Below are positions 29,695 through 39,077 of a stretch of 64,000 nt of DNA, piece after piece. Source of the DNA: an uncultured Candidatus Saccharibacteria bacterium (GTDB lineage: Bacteria > Patescibacteriota > Minisyncoccia > Phycocordibacterales > Phycocordibacteraceae); contig CAYUQB010000001.1 in assembly GCA_964446735.1 (NCBI GenBank), positions 380,460-444,459 of the forward strand, read 5' to 3'. Position 1 is the first letter of the stretch; every line of letters starts with the position of its first letter. Under the pieces are notes generated by a model. The model made no database searches. It saw nothing but the letters and a program-made list of their open reading frames with translations, and was not told the origin of the DNA. The position numbers and the translations under genes were made by a program.

Positions 29695-30303
29695 ATGAAT
29701 ATCAACTCTTCACCACGCGCATCCATGCTTGTCCCGATGGTCATCGAAAAATCGCAGTTCGGTGAGCGCGCATATGACATCTATTCGCGTCTCCTGCGCG
29801 AGCGCATCATTTTCCTTGGTGGACCAGTTGATGACGACACCGCAAATCTCATAATTGCGCAGCTTCTCTTACCCGAAGCAGAGTATCACAAAAAGGACAT
29901 ATTGCTCTACATCAACTCACCCGGTGGCTCGGTGACCGCGGGACTCGCCATCCTCGACACCATGAATCACGTGAAGCCTCCCGTCGCGACAGTGTGCGTC
30001 GGTATGGCGGCCTCTGCGGCAGCAGTAATTCTCTCTGCTGGCGAGAAGGGTAAGCGTTTCGCGCTTCCCAATGCGGAAGTGATGATACATCAGCCATGGG
30101 GTGGTGCGCAGGGCCAGGCGACTGATATTGAGATCACGGCAAAGCACATCATCGCGACCCGTGAACGATTGAACCGCATCCTTGCGAAAAACACTGGCCA
30201 ACCGCTTGAAAAGATCGAGAAGGATGTCGAACGTGACTACTTCATGACTGCTGACGAAGGTAAGAAATACGGTGTCGTCGATCAGGTCTACAAGAGCAAA
30301 TAG
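29695..30303 (+). CDS. clpP: ATP-dependent Clp protease proteolytic subunit
   Basis: [27 protein letters not shown], catalytic triad context [13 protein letters not shown]; exact start uncertain (ORF opens at 29644). Confidence 0.85.
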   Translation: MNINSSPRASMLVPMVIEKSQFGERAYDIYSRLLRERIIFLGGPVDDDTANLIIAQLLLPEAEYHKKDILLYINSPGGSVTAGLAILDTMNHVKPPVATVCVGMAASAAAVILSAGEKGKRFALPNAEVMIHQPWGGAQGQATDIEITAKHIIATRERLNRILAKNTGQPLEKIEKDVERDYFMTADEGKKYGVVDQVYKSK

Positions 30304-30312
30304 ATCTGCGAA

Positions 30313-30350
30313 AACCACCCCGGCTGCGTAAAAGGCGGCCGGGGTGGTTT
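30313..30350 (+). terminator. intrinsic terminator after clpP
   Basis: accaccccggc...gccggggtggt stem followed by TTTTG. Confidence 0.6.
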
Positions 30351-30464
30351 TGTGCTACCCTGCCCTCGTAGCTGATCTTCTGCACGATCGATACGACTGA
30401 ATTCCAGAATTCCTTTGAAAATGAGCCTAATCCGTACGTTCCCTAAGGGACTACGGCATGTGAT

Positions 30465-31994
30465 ATGTCTATAAAACTTATATTGAGCTTGCTCGCCCTT
30501 TCCGGGCTTGCCGGCATCGCGCTGGGGTATGTGCTTCGCCTGCTCATCGCACTGGGGCAGCGTGGCTCTTTGGAGCTTGAGATCAAGCAGCAAATGCTTG
30601 AAGCAAAAGAGCGCGCCTCAAAAATCATTTCGGAGGCAGAAACTCGTGCCCAAATAGTAATCGAGGAGGAGGAAAAACCGCTTCGTGAACGCGAAGAGAC
30701 TCTGAATAAGACAGCTGAACGCCTTGCCAAACGCGAGGAGTTTTTGGATGAACGCGAACGCAACCTTGCGGAGGAGGCGGAGGACGTTCGTAACCGTGAG
30801 AATGAAGCCGCTAATATAAAGCGCGAAGCAGAACGGCTCCGTGAGGAACGTCGACTTGAACTCGTACGACTTGGCGGGCTTTCAGAGCAGGCAGCACGCG
30901 ATGCGCTCATGAAGGATCTTGAAGAGAGTCAGTCGGATGCTCTGCTTGCACGACTGCAGAAGCTCGAAACCCATGGACGTGAGCTCTTGGAAGAGAAGGC
31001 AAACGCTATTCTTCTGACTACCATTCATCGCATGGCAACCAACGTGAATAGCGAGGTGATGACGCTATCAGTGGCTATTCCTTCTGAAGAGATCAAAGGA
31101 AAGATTATCGGTAAGGAAGGCCGTAACATCAAAGCATTCGAGCGTGCTACCGGAGTGGATGTGCTGATCGACGACGCACCCGATAAAATCACCCTCTCTT
31201 CATTTGACCCGCTTCGTCGTCATATTGCGAAGATTGCGCTTGAGCGACTCATTGAGGATGGTCGCATTCAACCCACCAAGATCGAGGAGATCGTGGAGAA
31301 AACTCGTGCCGAAATGAGTGACTTGGTGAAACAAAAGGGTGAGGAGGCGGCATACGAAGTGGGAGTTGTTGGCCTTGATCCACGTCTCGTCACGCTTCTT
31401 GGTCGTCTCTACTTCCGTACGAGCTACGGCCAGAACGTTCTCCAGCACTCAATTGAAATGGCGCACATCGCAAGCATACTCGCCTCTCAATTGGGCGCGG
31501 ATGCGGAAATCGCACGTATAGGGGCTCTCCTTCACGACATTGGTAAGGCGGTGGATCATGAAGTACAGGGCACCCATGTCGAAATCGGACGACGTATTCT
31601 TGAGAAATTTGGTATCGCTAAGCCAGTGATCCAAGCAATGCAGTCACATCATGAAGAGTATCCGTACGAGACCGCGGAATCTATCATCGTGCAGGTGGCA
31701 GATGCTATATCCGCAGGTCGTCCGGGTGCCAGACGCGATACAGTCGAGAGATATCTTGAACGATTAGGAGACCTAGAGCGTATTGCACAGGGGTTTGAAG
31801 GAGTTGAAAAGACGTATGCCATCCAAGCCGGACGTGAAATTCGCATCTTTGTGAATCCAGGCAAGGTATCAGACCTCGCGATGCATAAACTGGCGCGCGA
31901 CATTGCCGAACGAGTGCAGCAGGAACTCAAATATCCTGGCGAAATCAAGGTAAACGTTATTCGAGAAAACCGTGTAGTCGAGTTTGCGCGATAA
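30465..31994 (+). CDS. rny: ribonuclease Y
   Basis: N-terminal TM, coiled coil, KH domain (GKIIGKEGRNIKAFE), HD domain (LLHDIGKA). Confidence 0.85.
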   Translation: MSIKLILSLLALSGLAGIALGYVLRLLIALGQRGSLELEIKQQMLEAKERASKIISEAETRAQIVIEEEEKPLREREETLNKTAERLAKREEFLDERERNLAEEAEDVRNRENEAANIKREAERLREERRLELVRLGGLSEQAARDALMKDLEESQSDALLARLQKLETHGRELLEEKANAILLTTIHRMATNVNSEVMTLSVAIPSEEIKGKIIGKEGRNIKAFERATGVDVLIDDAPDKITLSSFDPLRRHIAKIALERLIEDGRIQPTKIEEIVEKTRAEMSDLVKQKGEEAAYEVGVVGLDPRLVTLLGRLYFRTSYGQNVLQHSIEMAHIASILASQLGADAEIARIGALLHDIGKAVDHEVQGTHVEIGRRILEKFGIAKPVIQAMQSHHEEYPYETAESIIVQVADAISAGRPGARRDTVERYLERLGDLERIAQGFEGVEKTYAIQAGREIRIFVNPGKVSDLAMHKLARDIAERVQQELKYPGEIKVNVIRENRVVEFAR

Positions 31995-32196
31995 AAGCAA
32001 GTAGATAGGCCGCGAAATAAGCAGTCGTATACCGACTGCTTATTTCATATACCAGACCACAAAAGCAGCGTTTGAGCCACTATCCCCAGGTTTTCTGGGC
32101 CCTATTGCACAAAATGGCTCATTTCCTATACTTTTTGACGTAGCCCTTCCATCGGGCTCTGTGCGGCCCGAAAGGGATTAAATCTAACGACCTACC

Positions 32197-32469
32197 ATGA
32201 ACAAAGCAGACATCGTAGCAAAGGTGCAGGAAACCCTCGGTGGTACGAAGGCTGATGCCGATCGCGCTGTCGAGACTGTCATCGATTCCATCACGTCTGG
32301 ACTCAAGTCCGGCGACGAAGTATCGATTGCAGGACTCGGCATCTTCCAGGCAAAGGCACGCCCGGCTCGCACCGGCCGCAACCCGCGCACTGGCGAGACC
32401 ATCAAGATCGCTGCTACCCGCACTCCGAAGTTCCGCGCCGCTAAGGCACTTAAGGACGCGGTCAAGTAA
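32197..32469 (+). CDS. hup: DNA-binding protein HU
   Basis: MNKADIVAKVQE...GLGIFQAKARPARTGRNPRTGETIKI. Confidence 0.9.
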   Translation: MNKADIVAKVQETLGGTKADADRAVETVIDSITSGLKSGDEVSIAGLGIFQAKARPARTGRNPRTGETIKIAATRTPKFRAAKALKDAVK

Positions 32470-32483
32470 GACCTCTCTCCTAC

Positions 32484-32515
32484 GAAACAGCCCCGCATAA
32501 AGCGGGGCTGTTTCG
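32484..32515 (+). terminator. intrinsic terminator after hup
   Basis: aaacagccccgc-ataa-gcggggctgttt perfect hairpin + TCGTTT. Confidence 0.65.
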
Positions 32516-32516
32516 T

Positions 32517-33281
32517 TTATACGAGTGGCCAAAGGTTTTTAAATACTTCTCGTTGATCATGGGCCATGAGCTTGTCATGGATCTCCACTAAGTAGAAAGG
32601 GCGGGTACGAGTGTTGATCATAATGAGATAGTCCCCTACCGCCCACATGGTAGATAGAAAATTGTCCGCTTCACCCCAGAATTTTATGTTGCGCCGCTCA
32701 AGATTCTCATAATTCTTCGCGAACTGGACTTCAACAGGTGCGCGGTTCGATAAAAGCTTGAGATCTATACGCTCGTCCGACTGCTTCCAGTACCAAGCGA
32801 TCCAATCTCCGTAGTGCTCGACGAATGTGTGATCCTGGACTCCCCACCACGTAGGCTCTGAAGCGAGTAGGTTAGCATCCCATACTGGTGTCTGCTGACG
32901 CATGAATGAATCTATCTTCCCTTCCTCAATGAATCGCACGGTCGGGACGGGATAGGAAGATTTCGCAGAGATCTTCGAGAGTTCAGCCGCTAGCTTTAAT
33001 AGCGAGGCTTCGCGTATGGCCATCTGCTTCTTATCCCCTTCAACAAGGCTAAGCACCTGTTCGGCATTCGCTAGTGTAAATGAGCGGGGACGTTTTGTAG
33101 CATCTTCAATAATAAGGCCTTTTTCGATGAGGGAGCGCGCAACGCTGTAGGCTGTGGTTCGTTTCAGGCCAGCCGTTTTGGCTAGAGCTGCAGGAGGCAG
33201 ACTGCCAGCTTTGAGAATGGCCTGGTAGAGAGATAGCTCGCTTTCGTTCAAACCCAACGGCTCAAGCAATTTCGGATCCAT
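32517..33281 (-). CDS. TrmB-family HTH transcriptional regulator
   Basis: N-terminus LGLNESELSLYQAILKAGSLPPAALAKTAGLKRTTAYSVARSLIEKGLI is a typical TrmB wHTH. Confidence 0.6.
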   Translation of the reverse strand: MDPKLLEPLGLNESELSLYQAILKAGSLPPAALAKTAGLKRTTAYSVARSLIEKGLIIEDATKRPRSFTLANAEQVLSLVEGDKKQMAIREASLLKLAAELSKISAKSSYPVPTVRFIEEGKIDSFMRQQTPVWDANLLASEPTWWGVQDHTFVEHYGDWIAWYWKQSDERIDLKLLSNRAPVEVQFAKNYENLERRNIKFWGEADNFLSTMWAVGDYLIMINTRTRPFYLVEIHDKLMAHDQREVFKNLWPLV

Positions 33282-33436
33282 ACCTGTAGCCTATCTGTTG
33301 TCGGAAGTTTGTCAACAAACGTTCGACAATCATTGACGTTATGTAAATTTATGACACACTTCTATCAGAACTCAAGAGAACCTTGAATTCAAAGCACACG
33401 GCGCAAGGCGCCACAGCCCTAAGGAGGCTATGAACT

Positions 33437-33748
33437 ATGCCTACGTTCCAAGCTCGCATGACGTACCGCCATGATCGTTGCGGCGGACGGGGCTGCAATG
33501 ACTGCAGGACCCACGACATCTTCTACGTGCATAAAGGGGTCCTAAAAGGAACTCCTCGTGACACGCTGCAGGGCGCCATGGGAGATATTCTTAGATGCGA
33601 CCCTTACGTGCGCATTCGAGACTATTTCCTCGGAGAAGGTGGCCAGTACATCTGGGAAGGAACCTACTCTAGGATCCTTGTCGAAGAGGTATCGATCCAG
33701 GTTCTTGGATTAGAACTCAGATACGATCCCGGCCCGCACCTTCCGTAG
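33437..33748 (+). CDS. hypothetical Cys-rich small protein
   Basis: 103 aa with CGGRGCNDC near the N-terminus; GGAGG RBS upstream. Confidence 0.35.
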   Translation: MPTFQARMTYRHDRCGGRGCNDCRTHDIFYVHKGVLKGTPRDTLQGAMGDILRCDPYVRIRDYFLGEGGQYIWEGTYSRILVEEVSIQVLGLELRYDPGPHLP

Positions 33749-34060
33749 GCATCGGAGCCGGCGTAATCCGGCTTGGCAACAGAAGGTCCGAGTACTCGAA
33801 AGAGGCAGTAGGACCAAAACTAAACTTGAGGTGACATTGGTCGCCTCTCTTATTCAGGCGCTGAATGGTTCGGCGACTGACTGGAGAAGGAGAAATGGAA
33901 ATGTTGCGGCGTATCCAAGAAAAATGGAGCGAACTGCGTTACGTCACGAATTGCTGGCCATGCGCCATCGGCTACGTGTTGATGCATATATTATTCATCG
34001 GCGTGGGCGTGTGGGCAGCCATGAATAGGGAAATGTGTCCCTGACCACAGCAGATGAAAA

Positions 34061-34345
34061 ATGGAGATCCCAATGGACGACAGTTGCATTGATGTTGAAT
34101 TCGGCGACGACGAAATCGGTGAGGTCTGGTGGAGACCGCCGGAACACCTCAGGGGAAAGCTCATGTCGCTTCCGGAGCATGTGCGTGTGACACTCCTGCG
34201 TGTCGTAGGAACTCATATGCAAGCGCAGATGATTCTCTCCATCAATGCCTTGAACCTTGGAGAAGAGGCTGCCGAAGCGCTACAGATGATGACCGACACC
34301 TACCACGAGCTTAATCGCAAACTCCTGGCTCGATACGAAAACTAG
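34061..34345 (+). CDS. hypothetical protein
   Basis: 94-aa ORF, no family recognised. Confidence 0.3.
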   Translation: MEIPMDDSCIDVEFGDDEIGEVWWRPPEHLRGKLMSLPEHVRVTLLRVVGTHMQAQMILSINALNLGEEAAEALQMMTDTYHELNRKLLARYEN

Positions 34346-34368
34346 TCTCGAGGCCAATCACCGCGCCG

Positions 34369-35529
34369 TTAATCGGCGCGGTCCTTATTTCCAAAATACT
34401 TTTTATCCTTCAGTTTTGTCGGTAGATAGCTTTCAGCATCATATTTCTTGTATCCCTTCCCATAACCAAACTCCTTCATAAGCTTGGTGGGAGCGTTTCG
34501 AATATTCATCGGGACTGGTAGATTTCCAAACTTGCGTACATCTTCCTGCGCTGAACGCAGCGCATCATATGCGGAACGATCTTTGGTCGCGTTAGCCAAA
34601 TAAGCGACACCGTGAGCAAGATTTATGGCACATTCTGGATAGCCAATGGTTTCGCAGGCACGAAATACCTCATTAGCGACTACCAGTGCTGTAGGCTGCG
34701 CTAACCCGATATCCTCAGATGCAAAAATAACCATACGTCTGGCGATGAAAAGCGGATCTTCTCCCGCCTCCACCATACGGGCGAGATAGTACATGGCAGC
34801 ATCTGGCTGGCTGGCTCGCATGCTTTTAATAAAGGCACTGATGGTGTCGTAATGCTCCTCACCTTTCTTGTCGTAGCGCAAATGAGGTGATTCCAGCGCC
34901 TTGTTGAGATTTGCTACCGTTATCCGCTTTCCGTAGAGCGCCATGGCGCCCTCCAGCATGCCAAGTGCTTTTCGAGCGTCACCATTGGCATACCCTAGGA
35001 GCCATGCGAACGCATCTTCAGAAAGCTTCACGCCTGCACGTTCGATAATGGCTCGAAGTGATTCTTCAGAAAGTGGTTCGAGTACAAAAACTCGAGTACG
35101 GGAGAGGAGCGCTGGAATAACTTCAAACGAGGGATTTTCGGTTGTGGCACCAATGAGTGTGAGTTCCCCACTTTCGACATACGGGAGCAGGAAATCTTGT
35201 TGCGACTTATTAAAACGGTGAATTTCATCAAGAAAAAGTACTTTGGGACGAAGCTCGAGCGTCTTAGTTTTTGATTCACCAATAATCTTTCGTATATCTT
35301 CCTTCCCTGCCGAGACTGCTGAGAGCTCGAACAACTCCGCTTCGAGTGCCCGAGCATAGATGCGAGCGATGGTGGTCTTCCCGGTGCCAGGAGGTCCCCA
35401 GAGTATGAATGAGAAAAGGTGCTTCTTTTCAATAGCAACTCGCAGCGGCTTTCCGGGTCCAATAAGGTGCTCTTGTCCCACCACGTCATCCAGATCTTGG
35501 GGTCTGAGGCGGTTGGCTAGCGGCTCCAT
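34369..35529 (-). CDS. rarA: replication-associated recombination protein A (AAA+ ATPase RarA/MgsA)
   Basis: Walker A GPPGTGKTT, Walker B LFLDEIHRFNK, sensor motifs, MgsA C-terminal helical domain. Confidence 0.85.
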   Translation of the reverse strand: MEPLANRLRPQDLDDVVGQEHLIGPGKPLRVAIEKKHLFSFILWGPPGTGKTTIARIYARALEAELFELSAVSAGKEDIRKIIGESKTKTLELRPKVLFLDEIHRFNKSQQDFLLPYVESGELTLIGATTENPSFEVIPALLSRTRVFVLEPLSEESLRAIIERAGVKLSEDAFAWLLGYANGDARKALGMLEGAMALYGKRITVANLNKALESPHLRYDKKGEEHYDTISAFIKSMRASQPDAAMYYLARMVEAGEDPLFIARRMVIFASEDIGLAQPTALVVANEVFRACETIGYPECAINLAHGVAYLANATKDRSAYDALRSAQEDVRKFGNLPVPMNIRNAPTKLMKEFGYGKGYKKYDAESYLPTKLKDKKYFGNKDRAD

Positions 35530-35568
35530 ATCAAAAGCCTACGCTTGCGCCTATGAAAATCAATTAAG

Positions 35569-35639
35569 TGCGGGATAGGAGAATCGAACTCCTGCTCTCA
35601 GTTTGGAAAACTGATGTTCTACCATTAAACTAATCCCGC
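35569..35639 (-). tRNA. tRNA-Gly (anticodon TCC)
   Basis: GCGGGATTAGTTTAATGGTAGAACATCAGTTTTCCAAACTGAGAGCAGGAGTTCGATTCTCCTATCCCGCA; 7-bp acceptor, anticodon stem TCAGT/ACTGA, loop TTTCCAA; T-arm identical to the tRNA-Gly(GCC) at 37179; CCA not encoded. Confidence 0.6.
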
Positions 35640-35686
35640 GTATCGCGAGGATAGCATAAGAGTCGTATTTACCGTAGCATTCCCCT

Positions 35687-36856
35687 ATGCGCGAGCACTA
35701 TGAGCATTTAGCGGCGGCGGTAGGATTACTTATTCTCGCAGTTCTTGTCTCCTGGTTTCGTACGGAGCCTCTCTTTTTAGACACATCCCCCGCAGGCTCG
35801 ACCGCAGAGCTTACTCCCCTCCCACCAGAGCGTTCCGAGTGGTTTGCGACGAGCACTGGACCTAGTATCAAATTTGCGACCTCAACCTTTGAGGTGCTCT
35901 TCCCTACTCGTCCAGCAACGACCACAAAGCCAACCCCCACAACACCTCCGGTTTCTCCGTCGAAACCAATGCCTAAGCCGGTTGCGACCTCAACACCCAC
36001 CGCTCCTCAAACGGATACTTTAGAACCTGCAGAACTTTCTCGTCTCAGGAACTCCATAGTCAATATTCTCTGTATTTCGCACGTTAAACCGCTACGTTCC
36101 ACTTCCGGTTCCGGTGTCATAGTAGATTCTCGTGGCATCGTTCTTACCGTTGCGCACGTTGCGCAGTCTTTACTACTTGAGCATGAACTGGGAGCGGAGA
36201 AAATATCCTGTACGATCCGCACAGGCAGCCCTGCTGTAAACGCATACACCGCCCGTCCTATATATGTCTCTGAAGACTGGATAAAGGACAATCCAACCAC
36301 ACTCATAAGCTCTCAGCCAACTGGCACGGGCGAACACGACTATGCCTTCTTGGCGATCACGGGCAGCGCCGGGAAAACTATCCCCAGTTCGTTCCCGGCA
36401 GTTGCTCTCGCAACGACTGACGCACGAGGGGGTGATCGAGTCTATATTGGCTCGTACGGTGCCCAGGACCTCACGAGTACACAAGTACGTACAAGCCTTC
36501 GCCCAACCCTTGTTGAGAGTTCGGTAAAGACACGCTACACGTTCAGGAATAACACTCCGGATGTGCTCGCAATCTCTGGTTCCGCTGCATCTCAAAGTGG
36601 CTCATCAGGAGGAGCTGTCGTTAATGCGGATGGTCAACTTATAGGACTGATCACCACGAGCGAGGTGACCGGTGACACAGCCTCCCGAGAAATGCGTGTA
36701 ATCACGCCCAGTTATATACAGCGAAGTTTTAAGGAGGATGCTGGAAAAACCCTTGAAGAATATTTAGGTCCAAATATCAGCACTCTTGTGAACTCCTACG
36801 CTGCTACGGTTGCGAGACTTGGAGATTTTCTAGCCTCGAAGATAGGCCTCAAATAA
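35687..36856 (+). CDS. membrane-anchored trypsin-like (S1) serine protease with Pro/Thr-rich linker
   Basis: TSGSGVIVDSRGIVLTVAHV (His region), GSSGGAVVNADGQLIGL (GDSGG-like Ser); N-terminal TM. Confidence 0.6.
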   Translation: MREHYEHLAAAVGLLILAVLVSWFRTEPLFLDTSPAGSTAELTPLPPERSEWFATSTGPSIKFATSTFEVLFPTRPATTTKPTPTTPPVSPSKPMPKPVATSTPTAPQTDTLEPAELSRLRNSIVNILCISHVKPLRSTSGSGVIVDSRGIVLTVAHVAQSLLLEHELGAEKISCTIRTGSPAVNAYTARPIYVSEDWIKDNPTTLISSQPTGTGEHDYAFLAITGSAGKTIPSSFPAVALATTDARGGDRVYIGSYGAQDLTSTQVRTSLRPTLVESSVKTRYTFRNNTPDVLAISGSAASQSGSSGGAVVNADGQLIGLITTSEVTGDTASREMRVITPSYIQRSFKEDAGKTLEEYLGPNISTLVNSYAATVARLGDFLASKIGLK

Positions 36857-36867
36857 ATCAGAACTAG

Positions 36868-36938
36868 TCGGGCCGCGGAGAATCGAACTCCGTCATCATC
36901 CTCCCAAAGGATGCGTACTACCGGTATACGACGGCCCG
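36868..36938 (-). tRNA. tRNA-Pro (anticodon TGG)
   Basis: CGGGCCGTCGTATACCGGTAGTACGCATCCTTTGGGAGGATGATGACGGAGTTCGATTCTCCGCGGCCCGA; anticodon loop TTTGGGA. Confidence 0.7.
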
Positions 36939-37178
36939 TTGTGCTCGAATCCTAGCAGGTTTATACAATTTGGGGCAGTTGGGTATTTTCGAACTTAAAG
37001 GACCTCATGCACTTGATTTTAAATTATCCTTTATTTACTCGATTTTTTAACGACAACCCTTTAATCAAGCCGTTAAGGATATGTCCTTTATCCCCACTGT
37101 TAACACCTTTATCCACCTTTATTCAAGATGTCTCTGTAACCAAATCGCCCCAAATATTGGGGCGATTTGGTATCCAGG

Positions 37179-37249
37179 TGCGGCTAAGGAGAATCGAACT
37201 CCTGTCTCGTCCTTGGCAAGGACGCGTTCTACCACTAAACCATAGCCGC
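37179..37249 (-). tRNA. tRNA-Gly (anticodon GCC)
   Basis: GCGGCTATGGTTTAGTGGTAGAACGCGTCCTTGCCAAGGACGAGACAGGAGTTCGATTCTCCTTAGCCGCA; anticodon loop TTGCCAA. Confidence 0.75.
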
Positions 37250-37290
37250 TTCGGCAGGCATAATAGCACAGCCCTCCCCCGCCCCACTAG

Positions 37291-37362
37291 TGCTCTCGCC
37301 AGGACTCGAACCTGGAACAGCGGTTCCGAAGACCGATGTGATATCCATTTCACCACGAGAGC
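37291..37362 (-). tRNA. tRNA-Arg (anticodon TCG), anticodon stem has one 27-43 mismatch
   Basis: GCTCTCGTGGTGAAATGGATATCACATCGGTCTTCGGAACCGCTGTTCCAGGTTCGAGTCCTGGCGAGAGCA; anticodon loop CTTCGGA. Confidence 0.55.
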
Positions 37363-37424
37363 TCGTGCATCTCATACTACCTTCCGCCTAGGCGAATGGC
37401 CACTCGCATACTAGTATTTTTCTA

Positions 37425-38888
37425 ATGTCCTATCCTATTCCACCAGAGGTAAGTTCCGTAGCCACGAACCTTCGTAAAGAAGGCTTTGAGGCGTACCTCG
37501 TAGGTGGCTGCGTACGTGACCTATTTCTCAAACGAAGCCCTAAAGACTGGGATATTACTACAAATGCAAAACCTGAGGACATCCAGCGCATTTTCCCCGA
37601 CTCATTTTATGAGAATGACTACGGCACAGTTGGGGTTAAAACCGGATCAGAAGACCCTACCCTTTCGATTATTGAAGTTACCCCCTATCGCACAGAATCG
37701 GGGTATTCCGACAAGCGTAGGCCTGACGCCGTTGTGTTCGGCGAAAGTCTCGAGGGGGACCTGGCGCGCCGTGATTTCACCATAAACGCCATTGCCCTCG
37801 ACGAGTCTAAAGGACAAATCATTGATCCGTATAAAGGACAAAAGGACATCGAGGCCAAAGTGCTCCGCACCGTAGGTGACCCGAGTGAAAGATTTGAAGA
37901 GGACGCTCTCCGACTTATGCGGGCTGTACGCCTACTCGCTGAGCTTGGTTTTGCTCTCGATGCTGAAACTGCGAGCGCGATACAGGAAAAAGCCCAAAAT
38001 CTGAGGCATATTTCACGTGAAAGGATTAGGGACGAATTTGTCCGAATTCTTGAATCTGACCAGCCAATGATGGCTCTCGCACTCGCTCAAAAGCTTGGTT
38101 TGCTGGAATTCATCGCTCCTGACGTTTCACGTGGAATAGGTGTAGATCAGAATCAAGCTCACAGCTATGACGTTTTTGAGCACAATTTGCGGGCTCTGCA
38201 GCATGCTGCCGACAAGGGTTGGGCTCTGGATCTTCGGCTCGCAGCGCTTTTTCATGACATTTCTAAGCCTGAGACTCGTAGATGGTCTGATGAAAAGAGG
38301 GACTGGACATTCCATGGTCACGAAGTAGTTGGAGCACGCGTCGCTAAAAGGGCGCTAGAAGACCTCCGTTTTTCACGTGAAATCATCGAAAAAGTGACTA
38401 AATTGGTTCGTTGGCACATGTTCTTCTCTGATCCGGAACAAATAACTCTTTCTGCTGTTAGGCGAATGATAAGGAACGTCAATCAGGAAAACATATGGGA
38501 TTTGCTTAACTTGCGGATTTGCGACCGTATTGGCACGGGTCGGCCAAAGGAGCAGCCGTTCCGCTTCAGGAAGTACAAGGCGATGGTGGAAGAAGCGCTC
38601 AGAGACCCAATTTCCGTCGGAATGCTCAAAACCGATGGTAGCCGGATTATGAGCCGCTTTCACGTGGAACCGGGTCCCAAAATAGGCCATATTCTTCACG
38701 CCTTGCTTGAGGAAGTCCTTGAGGACCCTCAAAAAAACTCCGAAGAGCTTCTCGATAAGAGAACGGAGGAGCTCCTAAGCCTCTCAGAGGCTGAACTTGC
38801 AAAGCGGGGCGAGGCTGGAAAACGTAAGAAAAGCGAGGAAGAGGAGAGGGAAGTCCAGGAAATACTCAAAAAACACCACGTGGCCTAG
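37425..38888 (+). CDS. cca: CCA-adding tRNA nucleotidyltransferase (PolyA-pol head + HD domain)
   Basis: AYLVGGCVRDLFL, DWDITT, RRDFTINA; HD domain FHDISKPE; 487 aa. Confidence 0.85.
   Translation: MSYPIPPEVSSVATNLRKEGFEAYLVGGCVRDLFLKRSPKDWDITTNAKPEDIQRIFPDSFYENDYGTVGVKTGSEDPTLSIIEVTPYRTESGYSDKRRPDAVVFGESLEGDLARRDFTINAIALDESKGQIIDPYKGQKDIEAKVLRTVGDPSERFEEDALRLMRAVRLLAELGFALDAETASAIQEKAQNLRHISRERIRDEFVRILESDQPMMALALAQKLGLLEFIAPDVSRGIGVDQNQAHSYDVFEHNLRALQHAADKGWALDLRLAALFHDISKPETRRWSDEKRDWTFHGHEVVGARVAKRALEDLRFSREIIEKVTKLVRWHMFFSDPEQITLSAVRRMIRNVNQENIWDLLNLRICDRIGTGRPKEQPFRFRKYKAMVEEALRDPISVGMLKTDGSRIMSRFHVEPGPKIGHILHALLEEVLEDPQKNSEELLDKRTEELLSLSEAELAKRGEAGKRKKSEEEEREVQEILKKHHVA
38011..38022. 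repeat. parS-like palindrome TTTCACGTGAAA (copy 1, inside cca)
   Basis: perfect 12-bp palindrome; core of the canonical ParB-binding parS tGTTtCACGTGAAACa. Confidence 0.5.
38125..38136. repeat. degenerate parS-like site TTTCACGTGGAA (inside cca)
   Basis: 11/12 match to the repeated palindrome. Confidence 0.3.
38371..38382. repeat. parS-like palindrome TTTCACGTGAAA (copy 2, inside cca)
   Basis: perfect 12-bp palindrome, in a different codon frame and context than copy 1. Confidence 0.5.
38658..38669. repeat. degenerate parS-like site TTTCACGTGGAA (inside cca)
   Basis: 11/12 match. Confidence 0.3.
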
Positions 38889-38889
38889 C

Positions 38890-38901
38890 TTTCACGTGAA
38901 A
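38890..38901. repeat. parS-like palindrome TTTCACGTGAAA (copy 3, just after cca stop)
   Basis: perfect 12-bp palindrome. Confidence 0.5.
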
Positions 38902-38914
38902 TACCTCAAATAGA

Positions 38915-38967
38915 AAGAGGCCCTACGAAATGGACATAAGCTTTACGTGCATTTCGTAGGGCCTCTT
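38915..38967. repeat. 18-bp perfect inverted repeat with 17-nt loop (long hairpin) downstream of cca
   Basis: aagaggccctacgaaatg ... catttcgtagggcctctt; could act as a terminator but is unusually long; flanked by parS-like sites. Confidence 0.5.
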
Positions 38968-39077
38968 CACTTTCGATGCATACCGCGTTTGGAGGCGTAA
39001 AATTGGAGCTGGGGCTTGTTTTGGTTTCCTCCAGGAGATATGTGGGTTTGCATCGATCTTCAAAGAACTTGATGCGC

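Noticed and set aside
35569-35639. tRNA-Trp (anticodon CCA) reading of this tRNA
   Set aside because: CCA is present in the loop, but a 5-bp anticodon stem (TCAGT/ACTGA) places TCC at positions 34-36. The 74-nt class length, the GCGGG acceptor and a T-arm identical to the neighbouring tRNA-Gly(GCC) favour Gly.
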